Below are positions 1 to 10,984 of a stretch of 56,193 nucleotides of DNA, in pieces. The DNA is from Octopus bimaculoides (taxonomy: Eukaryota): the NCBI RefSeq assembly GCF_001194135.2, contig NC_069010.1:7246427-7302619 (forward strand), read 5' to 3'. How positions within the stretch are numbered: the first letter of the stretch is position 1; the number at the start of each line of letters is the position of its first letter. Under the pieces are notes generated by a model that saw nothing but the letters and a program-made list of their open reading frames with translations, was not told the DNA's origin and did no database searches. Both the position numbers and the translations under genes were made by a program.

Positions 1-37
<37 letters not shown>

Positions 38-38
<1 letters not shown>

Positions 39-270
39 TGTGCAAGAGAGAAGACTGCTGGTATGATCATGTAAATCATATGAATGAAAACAGTTGTATT
101 AAGTGGTGCCGAACTTAAATTGTAGAGGGAACAAATAGAAGGAGTAGAGCCAGGAAGAAATGGAATGAAGTGGTGAGAAAGGATCTTCATACAGAAGGGA
201 TGACAAGGGACCAAGATTCCTGAAGCTTTGCTGTTCTGTGAAAACATGCCAAGCTAAGTAAAATTGTTTT
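38..270 (+). mobile_element. RTE-clade LINE 3' fragment (degenerate)
   Basis: Frameshifted VQERRL-WY-HV...VEGT-RR-R-RKKWNEVVRKDL; homologous to 25100-25270. Confidence 0.75.
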
Positions 271-797
271 TTGTCCTTGCACACAGGCTTGTCCCCTCCC
301 CTGCATCCCTCTCCAGCCGAGTATTCTAAATCTTGAGGGTTTGTGAGTGCTGGTGCCACATAAGAAGCACCTGCACCAGTGCCACATCAGAAGCACCTGT
401 GCCAGTGTCGCATAAAAGCACCCAGTTACACTCTGTAAAGTGGTTGGTGTTTGGAAGGGCATCCAGCTGTAGTAGAAACTATGCCAACGGAGCCGGGGGC
501 AGCTCTTCGGCTGGCCAGCTTCTGTCAAGCCATCCAACCCATACCAGCATGGACAATGGACATTAAATGCCGATGATCCTTCTGGATGACTTTGAGCAGT
601 CACTTTGTTTAATGTGAAGAAGAGTCGTACACCATCGACCTCACTCTCTCTCCCCATGGCAATCATCTGCAATCCGGTGGCAAAACGAGGCTAGAGTGAC
701 TGGAGATGCAGTGGATGACCGAAACATCTTATCTGCTTCATCTTCCTCCCAGCATTCCACAATGCATTACTCCGACCTCGTTCCCCTCTGTTCCCCT

Positions 798-839
<42 letters not shown>

Positions 840-863
840 TGATGTATAAACCTCAATACATAC

Positions 864-914
864 CATGTGATTACATCCTCCATTCTTTTCTATGCAAACG
901 TGACATCTTGGACA
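864..914 (-). CDS. ARIH2: ARIH2 coding exon, RING2/Rcat start: CPRCHVCIEKNGGCNHM (catalytic Cys codon 873-875)
   Basis: ttcacag acceptor and GTATGT donor; 51 bp, phase 0->0. RBR catalytic motif NGGCNHM. Remaining exons lie left of the window. Confidence 0.97.
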
Positions 915-1152
915 CTGTGAAAGAAAAAAATAAAATTTTAAAAAATTCTTTAAATAAATATACAAGCATAGGAGTGGCTGTGTGGTAAGTAACTTGCTTA
1001 CCAACCACATGGTTCTGGGTTCAGTCCCACTGCGTGGCACCTTGGGCAAGTGTCTTCTACTATAGCCTCGGGCCGACCAAAGCCTTCTGAGTTGATTTGT
1101 TCTACTAGAGATAGAGAGAGAGAGAGAGAAAGAGAAGAAGTGAGTGACTTAC

Positions 1153-1270
1153 ATCTTTAGTGTGAGCCGATATGTAGTTTGCAGTCTCGGAATCATCGGC
1201 ACACTTTGTTAACCATTTCTTAATGGTATTACAATCAGTGGGAGCGTGGTATTCTATTCCGCATCTGAAA
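1153..1270 (-). CDS. ARIH2: ARIH2 coding exon, IBR C-part and linker: [39 protein letters not shown]
   Basis: ttccag acceptor and GTAAGT donor; 118 bp, phase 2->0. [22 protein letters not shown] is diagnostic of ARIH2 (ARIH1 differs). Confidence 0.97.
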
Positions 1271-1365
1271 CTGGAAGGAGAAAGAGAGAAAATGGGTAAG
1301 ATGGCAGAGACAGACAGACAGACAGACAAAGAAATGGAGAGGAAAAGGAATAGGAACTAACGAAG

Positions 1366-1407
<42 letters not shown>

Positions 1408-1556
1408 GGCAAGAAGCTTGCTTCCAAACCACATGGTTCCAGGTTCAGTCCCACTGCGTGGCATCTTGAGCAACTGTCTTCTACTATAGCCTCAGGCCCA
1501 CCAAAGCCTTATGAGTGGATTTGGTAGACGGAAACTGAAAGAAGCCCATCGTATAT

Positions 1557-1599
<43 letters not shown>

Positions 1600-1939
1600 G
1601 TGGTGTAGGCTGGCTGTGTGGTAAGAAGCTTACTTCTGAGCTACATGGTTCCAGGTTCAGTTCCACTGCATGGCACCTTGGGCAAGTGTCTTCTACTCTA
1701 GGGCCAACTAGAGTGTACCCAGTACACTCTGTAAAGTGGTTGGTGTTAGGAAGGGCATCCAGCTGTAGAAACCATGCCACAACAGACACAGAGCCTGGAT
1801 GGCCCTTCAGTCGGCCAGCTCCCACCAAACCGTCCAACCCATGCCAGCATAGGAAAACCAGACTTTAAATGATGATGATGATGAACAGATTAACTTTTTA
1901 CCATTCAGATTAATTTATCAAATGTAAAGCTTATTGTGG

Positions 1940-2160
1940 AGGCGCAATGTCTCAGTGGTTAGTGCAGCAGACTCGCGGTCGGAGGATCACAGTTTCGATT
2001 CCCAGACCGGGTGTTGTGTGCGTTTATTGAGCGAAAACACCTAAAGCTCCACGAGGCTCCAGCAGGGGATGGTGGCGAACCCTGTTGTACTCTTTCGCCC
2101 CAACTTTCTCTCGCTCTTTCTTACTGTTTCTGGAGTAAAGCTACGATGGACTGGCATCCT
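1940..2160 (+). mobile_element. Further tRNA-headed SINE (GGCGCAATGTCTCAGTGGTTAG...GTTTCGATTCCC)
   Basis: A- and B-box-like motifs followed by a non-tRNA body; related heads at about 32715-32880 (+), 18990-19120, 36780-36890, 51270-51445 (-). Confidence 0.65.
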
Positions 2161-2377
2161 TAATCCCTTTGTCTGTCTTTGTTTGTCCCCTCTGTGCGTA
2201 GCCCCTTGTGGGCAGTAAAGAAATAAAATTACAATATGTCTAACAGCAGTTTTGTTAAACTCTCCCCCATTTTGAATTAAAAGAAAAACAAAAGCTGGAC
2301 GGAAGAAAGAAAAGCGAGGAATGAAGAAAGACTTGTAGAAGACGAGGAGGAGGAATAAACAAGAAAATGGTTCTTAC

Positions 2378-2487
2378 CAAAAAGAAGTTTTGCATTTGGA
2401 ACAGTCCACTTTTTTGGCTTGGGGCTGTGGGGCTCTGACTATTACTGGACAGTTGGGACCAGGGCAGAATCGCAACTGAGGATGGGT
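2378..2487 (-). CDS. ARIH2: ARIH2 coding exon, IBR N-part: THPQLRFCPGPNCPVIVRAPQPQAKKVDCSKCKTSF(C)
   Basis: tttacag acceptor and GTAAGA donor; 110 bp, phase 0->2. IBR CPGxxC...CxxC motif. Confidence 0.95.
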
Positions 2488-3714
2488 CTGTAAAGACAAA
2501 AAGGAAAACAATAACATATATAATTTACTTTCAAGAAATTTATTTTCTGTATATTGCAAGCTGGAGACAGACTACGTAAATACTGAGTTCAATCCCAGTG
2601 TGTGGCATTGTCTTCTACTATATAGCCTTGGGCTGACTTTAACCTGTGAGTTGATTTGCTAGATGGAAACTGAAAGAAGCCTGTCATGTGTACATGAGTA
2701 TGTATGTATGTATGTATACAATAGCATGGTTCCAAGTTCAGTCCCACTGCATGGTATTTGTACTTGAAAATACTGCTTAAGGGGTTTTCTTAACGAGCTA
2801 ATTTGCTAGTTGCAAAAACCAGTGACTGTGTGACACTGTTTTTGCTATATATATTGCAAACTGGGGTTAAACTGCTGCTATGTCTAGCAGATGAGTGTCC
2901 ATCAGTGAGGATGACCAAACTGATCGGAGGCTGGAGTGGGTCTCAGAGCTGGAATAGTAGGGAGTTCTCTCTCCTTGCTTGCAACATATATTGAGTGCAA
3001 AATGCACTGGAGGAGGGGGAGGCTGTCAGAATCGTCAGCACTCCAGGCAAATTTTTAATAGCATTTCGTCCATCTTTACATGCCGCCGAGGTCAGCTTTG
3101 CCTTTTTTTCATCCTTTCTGAGTCAATAAAATAAGTACCAGTTGAGTACTGGGGTCAATGTAATCAATTAGCCCCCTCCCCATGAAATTTCAGGCCTTGT
3201 GCCTATAATAGAAGGGATTATTATTATTAATATTATTATTATCATCACTTATTCTTATTGTCATTATTATTATGAGATGCATCACAGAATTTTGTCAGTG
3301 AACAGGTCGCGGTCTCAAAGCGACGAAAATATTTTGACAAATTAAATTTAAATGTTGAAGTGAATCTAACGGGTTTTGTGTGTTATTTTAAATGGCTTAT
3401 AAACACCTTCCACGCTGCAATTGTTTTCGTTCCAGCACACGATCTCAGATCAGGTCATTTGCTATGCAAGTACATCTCCGTAATTATTATTATTATTATT
3501 ATTTATTATTTACTTCTCTAATTTCTATTATATCATCATCGTTTAACATTCGCTTTCCATGCTGGCATGGGTCGGATGGTTTGACTGAGGACTGGCAAGC
3601 CAGGATGGCTGCACCAGGCTCCAATCTGACTTGACAAGGTTTCTACAGCTGGATGCCCTTCCTATCACCAACCACTCATCCTTTGATATTGTCTTCCATG
3701 TCTTGGGCCCTTGT

Positions 3715-3734
3715 GGCCAATAAAAATCATCATC

Positions 3735-3769
<35 letters not shown>

Positions 3770-3817
3770 CATCATCGTCACAATTATCATTACCATCACT
3801 ATCATTTTTATTACCAC

Positions 3818-3853
<36 letters not shown>

Positions 3854-3870
3854 TATTATTATTATTGTTC
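3715..3870. repeat. (ATT)n/(ATC)n microsatellite tract
   Basis: Direct inspection; similar tracts at 44830-44950, 52885-52930 and many (AT)n, (CA)n and (GA)n runs throughout. Confidence 0.95.
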
Positions 3871-4247
3871 AGTAGTTTTATTTTCATAACGTGCTTTCAC
3901 TTCACTACCGAGCGCAGTTCTGTGCGCCTTGGGTATGTGCTGTGGTTTGCTGTGGTGCTCTTATGTTTACTGTATTGAAAGTGTTTTGCGTAGAATGTGT
4001 GCAGTACCCAGTAGTGCAATTTTCTGTATGTTATATATATTTGTAAGTCCTGGTGTTTTTGTTATGTATTTGTGTGAATATTTTTTTATTATACCTAAGG
4101 TGTCTACTATGATAGGAATTGTTTCTGTTTTTAGATTCCACATTCGAGTTATCTCTATTTCTAGGTCTTTGTATTTTGAAAGTTTTTCCATTTCTTTTAG
4201 AGAGAAATGTTGTCATCTGCTGGTATTGATACATCGATTAGAAAGCA
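3870..4247 (-). mobile_element. 5'-truncated R4/Dong-type non-LTR retrotransposon (restriction-like endonuclease C-terminus)
   Basis: Translates CFLIDVSIPADDNISLKEMEKLSKYKDLEIEITRMWNLKTETIPIIVDTLG...IQKIALLGTAHILRK; ends in an (AAT)n tail. Confidence 0.85.
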
Positions 4248-4262
4248 TTATTATTGTCTCAC

Positions 4263-4384
4263 CTTGACGTGGTCCATAAATGTAAGTCTCATGTATCGGT
4301 CTCGGATGTCCGGCTGACTGAGAACTTCACAGATTATGTTTTCCGGTACGAGCACATTACATTCTGCTGCCATACACTGAATTC
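4263..4384 (-). CDS. ARIH2: ARIH2 coding exon, RING1 C-part: (R)IQCMAAECNVLVPENIICEVLSQPDIRDRYMRLTFMDHVK
   Basis: ctgcag acceptor and GTGAGA donor; 122 bp, phase 1->0. CMAAEC matches ariadne CMAQDC. Confidence 0.95.
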
Positions 4385-4529
4385 CTGCAGAGACACAGAA
4401 CACGGTGGGGGGAAAGAGAAAAAAAAAAGCAAAATGGTAAGCTATCATCATCATCATCATCACAGAGAAAAAAAATGGAGGAGAGAGAAGAAGAGACAAA
4501 GCAAGGAAGAAAATGAAAAGAGTACATAC

Positions 4530-4677
4530 GTGTGGTGACCCCTTGGTAGATTTGTACTTGAAAATATCTATCCCAGCATTCCTTGCAGAAGGGATGACCG
4601 CAGGTTAGACACTCCATCCTGTCTCGGGAATACCAGATGGTACAGACGGTGCATACTAAACTGTTAGCTCCAGGATC
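4530..4677 (-). CDS. ARIH2: ARIH2 coding exon, RING1 N-part: DPGANSLVCTVCTIWYSRDRMECLTCGHPFCKECWDRYFQVQIYQGVTT
   Basis: ttccag acceptor and GTATGT donor; 148 bp, phase 0->1. Carries CxxC...CxHxxCxxC RING1 ligands. Confidence 0.95.
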
Positions 4678-4788
4678 CTGGAATTTGAGAGGTTGCAGAG
4701 GTCATGTCAATATGAAGAGGTCAGAGGTCACAGAAGTTACATCAACAACATTGGGATTGGCTACAGCAGAGGTCACACCAACATTAAT

Positions 4789-4932
4789 GGGTCAGAGGTC
4801 ACATGAATACCATTGGGTCAGAAGTCACATCCATATCATTGGGTCAGAGGTCACATGAATACCATTGGGTCAGAGGTCACATGAATACCATTGGGTCAGA
4901 AGTCACATCCATATCATTGGGTCAGAGGTCAC
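4789..4932 (+). repeat. 26-bp minisatellite, 6 units, higher-order ABA-ABA pattern
   Basis: Units start at 4789, 4815, 4841, 4867, 4893, 4919; A=GGGTCAGAGGTCACATGAATACCATT, B=GGGTCAGAAGTCACATCCATATCATT. Confidence 0.95.
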
Positions 4933-4972
4933 ACAGCTAAAGTTTTTATTATAAATTGCAGAGGAGAGTTGC

Positions 4973-5007
<35 letters not shown>

Positions 5008-5078
5008 GGAGAAGGGAGGGAGAACAGACAGACAGAAAGATGGAGAGATGAGAAAAGAAGAGAGAGAGAAATAGTTAC

Positions 5079-5142
5079 CTGATACTTGACTGAAGGCATT
5101 ATATTGGACTCTACCAGTAATCCTGCAGGGTTCTCATTGTGT
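5079..5142 (-). CDS. ARIH2: ARIH2 coding exon, HNENPAGLLVESNIMPSVKYQ
   Basis: ctcccag acceptor and GTAACT donor; 64 bp, phase 2->0. Resembles human YKSNSAQLLVEARVQP. Confidence 0.88.
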
Positions 5143-6723
5143 CTGGGAGAAAGAGAGAGAGAGAGAGAGAAAAAAAAACATTATCATCATCATCATCAGC
5201 AGCAGCATTTAACATCCGTTGTCCATGCTGGCATGGGTTGGACAGTTTGACCAGGGCTGGCCAGCTGGAGGGCTGCACCAGACTCCAGTCTGATATGACA
5301 TGTCAGGGTCCTGTCTATTTCCCAGGTCTAGATACAGCTTCCGTTATTTTTGAGAAAAAACATGGGAAAGACAGCTCTTCTAGGAGACAAAAAAACTCAG
5401 ATATAAAACTTGCAGTCACCTTGCAATGCTTCCTTCCCCCTGGGGCCTACAACGGTGACCGACACTACTTGTGTAATGGAGATTATGCATCACATCACTC
5501 GATAAGGTTATCTCTACGGATTATCTTATTTCTTTACTGCCCACAAGGGGGCTACACAGAGAGGGGACAAACAAGGACAGACAAACGGATTAAGTCGATT
5601 ATATCAACCCCCAGTGAGTAACTGGTACTTATTTAATCGACTCCGAAAGGATGAAAGGCAAAGTCAACCTCGGGGGAATTTGAACTCAGAATGTAGAGGC
5701 AGACGAAATACTTATTTCTTTATTGCCCATAAGGGGCTAAACATAGAGGGGACAAACAAGGACAGACAAAGGGATTAAGTCGATTATATCGATCCCCAGT
5801 GCGTAACTGGTACTTATTTAATCGACTCCGAAAGGATGAAAGGCAAAGTCAACCTCGGCGGAATTTGAACTCAGAACGTAGTGGCAGACGAAATATCGCA
5901 AAGCATTTCGCCCGGCGTGCTAATGTGACACGTACAGGGCACTCGTGCCACTGACACCTAAGAACTCCCTGTCCCAGTGACACATAAGAGTAAAGCACCG
6001 GTGATGGTGACATGTATAAGGCACCTGTGAGGGTGACACATAAAAGTCACCCACATAAAAGTCACCCATATAAAAGGCATCCTTGACGCTGATACACAAA
6101 AGGCACTCAAGGCAGTGTCATGTATAAGCGCCTGTGTGGACCCACATAAAAGCACTCATGCAGTGCCACACAAAAGCACCCACGTGTGCCACCTAAAAGC
6201 ACCCAACACACTCTGTAAAGTGGTTGATGTTAGTAAGGGCATCCAGCCATAAAAACCCTGCCAAAACAGGTACAGTAGCCTGGAGTAGTGTTCTGCCTGG
6301 TCAGCTCCATGTCAAACCGTCCAACCCATGCCAGCACGGAAGGCAGACGTTAAATTATGATGATGATGATGATCACTCACACACACACACGTTTGAAACT
6401 ATGCATATTCCGCATTACATTGAAATTGTTTATACTCTCTTTCAGTACATCTACACCTCTTTATGTTGGCATCAACACGACGACCTTTGGAACCAGTCCA
6501 ACAACAATGCAGACATCCGCACACAAACAATGAAAAGACACAAAACACATACACACAAACAGATGTAAACTGTATGTATACACCAATACATAAAAACACA
6601 ACATACTTATACTCACATACACACACAGCATATTTATTTAAATTTACTAGACATATCACACCGTCTCAGACAGAACAATATTCTACATTACCACAGTTCA
6701 TACAAAGCTTTGGTCATCATCAT

Positions 6724-6946
6724 TTAACCCTTTTGTTACCAACCTAGCTGAAACTGGCTCTGAGTACAAATATCTTGTTTTCATAAATTTTGAATTAAAA
6801 TCTTCCATCAAACCTTAGTCACAATTTATGTTCCTAACACTAGCTTAATGATAACTAAGTTATTTTACTAAATTCTTTGTTGTATTTAAAATTAATTGAA
6901 AGAAACACAGAGCATCTCAACAGAAATATGGTAACAAAAGGGTTAA
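6724..6946. mobile_element. piggyBac-type MITE (TTAA-CCCTTTTGTTACCA termini)
   Basis: Perfect 18-bp inverted ends TTAACCCTTTTGTTACCA / TGGTAACAAAAGGGTTAA including TTAA. Confidence 0.85.
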
Positions 6947-6962
6947 AGTCACCATGATATTT

Positions 6963-7188
6963 TTAACCCTTTTGATACCAACCTGGTTGAAACCACCTCT
7001 GGTTCTGTAGTACTAATACCTTGTTTTCAAAGTTTTGAATTAAAATCTTCCATCAAATCTTAGTCACAATTAATGTTCCTAACACTAGCTTAATGATAAC
7101 TAAGTTATTTTACTAAATTCTTTGTTATATTTAAAATTAATTGAAAGAAACACAGAGCATCTCAGAAATACAGTAACGAAAGGGTTAA
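6963..7188. mobile_element. Second, adjacent copy of the same piggyBac-type MITE
   Basis: TTAACCCTTTTGATACCA...CAGTAACGAAAGGGTTAA; interior closely matches 6724-6946. Confidence 0.8.
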
Positions 7189-7717
7189 CGTCCACTTTTT
7201 TCCATGCTGGTATAGGAAGAATTGTTCAACAAAAACCCAAACTCCCAAAAGGCTGCACTCAACTCCAATGTCTGCTTTGGCATGGTTTCAACAACTGGAT
7301 TCCCTTCCTAATGCCATCCCCTCTGCAGAATGCACTGGATGCTTTTTTTTTGTGGCACCAAGACTACGTAGTGAGGTCACCATGTCATTTACAAGACAAT
7401 TTATGATGGACTGGTGAGATTTATTTCTTACCACAGTATTTCATGACAGATGAACTCATGCTTTAGATTGCCTCAGTTTATACCCAGGAAGGGAATAAAT
7501 ACCTCGAGACCAAGGGGTCAATGAACCGGGGTAAACTACCCCAAGTAGGGTACAAATGAAATTCTTGGGAGTAGTGAGGACTCATTAGACATAAGTAAAA
7601 TAAGTTAAAGGGACACAAACACACCAACACCGGTTGTCGAGCAGTGATGGTGGGGACAAACACAGACAAAGATACACACACAGATATATACATTGTATGT
7701 ATATATATATATATATA

Positions 7718-7814
7718 TATATAAGATTGACCAGTGACCGGTCTGTCAAAATGCTAGAAGAAGCTTAAAAATTTCTAGCATATTGACAGACCGGTCACTG
7801 GTCAATCTTATATA
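7718..7814. repeat. Near-perfect palindrome with about 42-bp arms and 13-nt loop
   Basis: TATATAAGATTGACCAGTGACCGGTCTGTCAA-a-ATGCTAGAA [gaagcttaaaaat] TTCTAGCAT-a-TTGACAGACCGGTCACTGGTCAATCTTATATA. Confidence 0.95.
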
Positions 7815-8154
7815 CACAAGTACTATAATCTTTTTAGGATCTCGAAAAAATTTTTTTAAGAACCTTCTGATTCTTTTAATGTGCTAGTTTCCTGGTATTA
7901 AATTGATATTAATTAATATCGAATTTTTACCATATTATGTTAATTATATATATATATATATAGATAGATAGATACACAGACACACACACAGACAATGGGC
8001 TTCTTTCTGTTTCTGTCTGCCAAATCCACTCACAAGGCTTTGGTTGGCCCGAGACTATAGTGGTGTCACACAGTGGGACTGAACCCGGGACCATGTGGTA
8101 GGGAAGCAAGCTACTCACAATACAGTCACGCCTATGCCTATTGTTTTAATCTTT

Positions 8155-8210
<56 letters not shown>

Positions 8211-8329
8211 TTGTGTGTGTGAAAAAGATTAAAACAATGCTTAAGAAAAAAGATCTTCACTACAAGAAGTACTTGTTACTTTGGCAACATTCTCTGGAAC
8301 TGTCCCAAGAAGACACACACACACCCACC

Positions 8330-8760
8330 CACACATGTGCTATGTACACTGACAAATATACAGACATGCATACATCCATACCACATATACAAGCCAATAC
8401 GTACACATACTGAGACAAAAATGCATAAGAGTACAAACATGGACATGCATACATACACATACACACGCACACACACACATAAACATAGGCACACAAAAAC
8501 AAGTATACACACACTCTAATACAGAGACACAACACACACAGAAAGACACACAAACACACTCATATATACAGACACACACACACACAAACAGAGGAAACAC
8601 ACATGCACACACACACACACACACATACAAATATAGACACAGACACAAGCAGATACGCACACACACACACACAAAGTTAATAAAACATACAGTCATACAA
8701 ACTAATCTGTGTACACACACACACACACACACACATTCAGATGCACAGACAGACAAACCA
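8330..8760. repeat. Degenerate (CA)-rich low-complexity tract
   Basis: Direct inspection; source of several spurious C/V-rich ORFs. Confidence 0.9.
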
Positions 8761-10092
8761 ATGTAGACATAAGTCAACCACTTCCTAGCTCCACCTCTGT
8801 CTCTCTACCAACAGTCAGCAACAGAAAAATTCAGTCAAATTCTACAGTACAAAAGGATACAGTTTCAACCCCATCCAGCAGCCATCATAGCTGTGTGGTT
8901 TTGAAGCCTGTCTCACACCCACGAGATTCCAGGTTCCAGTCTACCCTCGCCTTACTTCACCGTAACAGACAGCTTCTTCTTTTTTTTAGAGAATAACTCC
9001 TTTCCGCTTCATTAAGCACATAATTTTTATTATCTCCCTCCTAGATAAAAAAAAAAAACACTTGTGCCAGTGTCACGGTGGAGTGCTCGTTTGGTGCCAC
9101 GTAAAAGCACTCAATACATGATGAAAAGTGGTTGGCGTTAGGAAGGGCATCAAGCAATAGAAAAACCAAGCCAGATCAGACTGGAACCTGGTACGGCTCT
9201 TCAGCTTGCCAGCACTGGTCAAACCATCCAACCCACGCCAGCATGGACAATGGACTGGAGTTGATTCTTCAACAGCGGTGCCCCAGCATGGCTGCAGGCT
9301 GTGTGGTAAGCAGCTTGCTTCGCAGATGTATGGTTCTGGGTTCAATCCCACTGTGTAACATTATCTATCATGAGCTTCTCCCACCAAACCAGACCATTTC
9401 TTCTAATGTGTACTGTCGTCAGCTGGCTAATTTGAACCAAAAATTATATATATATGTATGTGTGTGTCTTCATGCTTTACGACATCTCTCATCCTGAACA
9501 GCTCCATCAATTCAGTGTATATATTTCACAGTCCTTGGAAGGATGACAGGCCAAGTGACCCTGGGTAAGATTTGAAACCACAACGTACAAGGGATGAAAC
9601 AAAACACCACAAAGGTAGTTCGTCCAACGCTCTACCAATTCTACTGCTTTCCCTGCCCCAGACAGGAATTAGAACCCACACACCCTAAATCAATGCCTGA
9701 AATCACAACCACAACATTATTACAAGGGTGATTTGTATTAATTTAGCTAATGGGCTGTTGCTAATTAAATATTAATAATTATAGATTTTTCTGACATAGC
9801 TTCTGTAATAAAGAGTAAGTTTATAGTTCTGTGGGTATACGCACATCTGTGTACACATACACACATGCTTGTACAAGTGTGCTCTTTTATTCTTTCACTT
9901 GTTTCAGGCATTTGACCACCGCCATGCTGGAGCACCACCTTTAGTTGAACAAATCAATCCCAGGACTTATTCTTTGTAAGCCTAGTACTTATTCAATCGG
10001 TCTCTTTTGCCAAACTGCTAACTTATGGGGACATAAACACACCAATATTGGTTGTTAAGCAATGGTGGGGGGGGACAAACACAGACACACAA

Positions 10093-10142
<50 letters not shown>

Positions 10143-10549
10143 NNNNNNNNNNNNNNNNNNNNNNNNNNNNNNNNNNNNNNNNNNNNNNNNNNNNNNNNNN
10201 NNNNNNNNNNNNNNNNNNNNNNNNNNNNNNNNNNNNNNNNNNNNNNNNNNNNNNNNNNNNNNNNNNNNNNNNNNNNNNNNNNNNNNNNNNNNNNNNNNNN
10301 NNNNNNNNNNNNNNNNNNNNNNNNNNNNNNNNNNNNNNNNNNNNNNNNNNNNNNNNNNNNNNNNNNNNNNNNNNNNNNNNNNNNNNNNNNNNNNNNNNNN
10401 NNNNNNNNNNNNNNNNNNNNNNNNNNNNNNNNNNNNNNNNNNNNNNNNNNNNNNNNNNNNNNNNNNNNNNNNNNNNNNNNNNNNNNNNNNNNNNNNNNNN
10501 NNGAGAAAGAGAGAAGTAGAGAGAAAGAGTATGTACTGTTAATACTCAC

Positions 10550-10617
10550 TTTTTAATCAAGTTATCCTTTTGCCAACCGTGTTCCTGAAGGAGCATCTTG
10601 GAAAGAGCTGGGCTTAT
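10550..10617 (-). CDS. ARIH2: ARIH2 coding exon (UBA-like region), ISPALSKMLLQEHGWQKDNLIK(K); most 5' coding exon visible
   Basis: Flanked by tttccag acceptor and GTGAGT donor; 68 bp, phase 0->2. Aligns to human ARIH2 [23 protein letters not shown] (recalled) and joins in frame to exon 5079-5142. Confidence 0.88.
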
Positions 10618-10766
10618 CTGGAAATAGGAAAATTATATTTACATAACATTTTATTAGAATAATAATGGTAATACTAATGAAGATTTCTTTTATTTTGGCA
10701 CAGTAAGTACCTCTAAAATATATACTCGTATTTGACTGGTACTTCATTAATCATACATGCAAGGGG

Positions 10767-10805
<39 letters not shown>

Positions 10806-10943
10806 CAGGCTTCTTTCAGTTTCCGCCTACCAAATCCACTTGTAAGGTTTTGGTCAGCCCGAGGCTATAGTAGAAGACACCAGCCCAAGGGGCCATGCAG
10901 TGAGACTGGATCCTTGTATGCCCAAGTGTGTGTATCTATATTC

Positions 10944-10984
<41 letters not shown>

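Noticed and set aside
187-672. 161-aa minus-strand ORF as a further ARIH2 exon
   Set aside because: Composed of family C SINE and RTE antisense sequence; it does not encode the expected QCxxCKHDFCW continuation.
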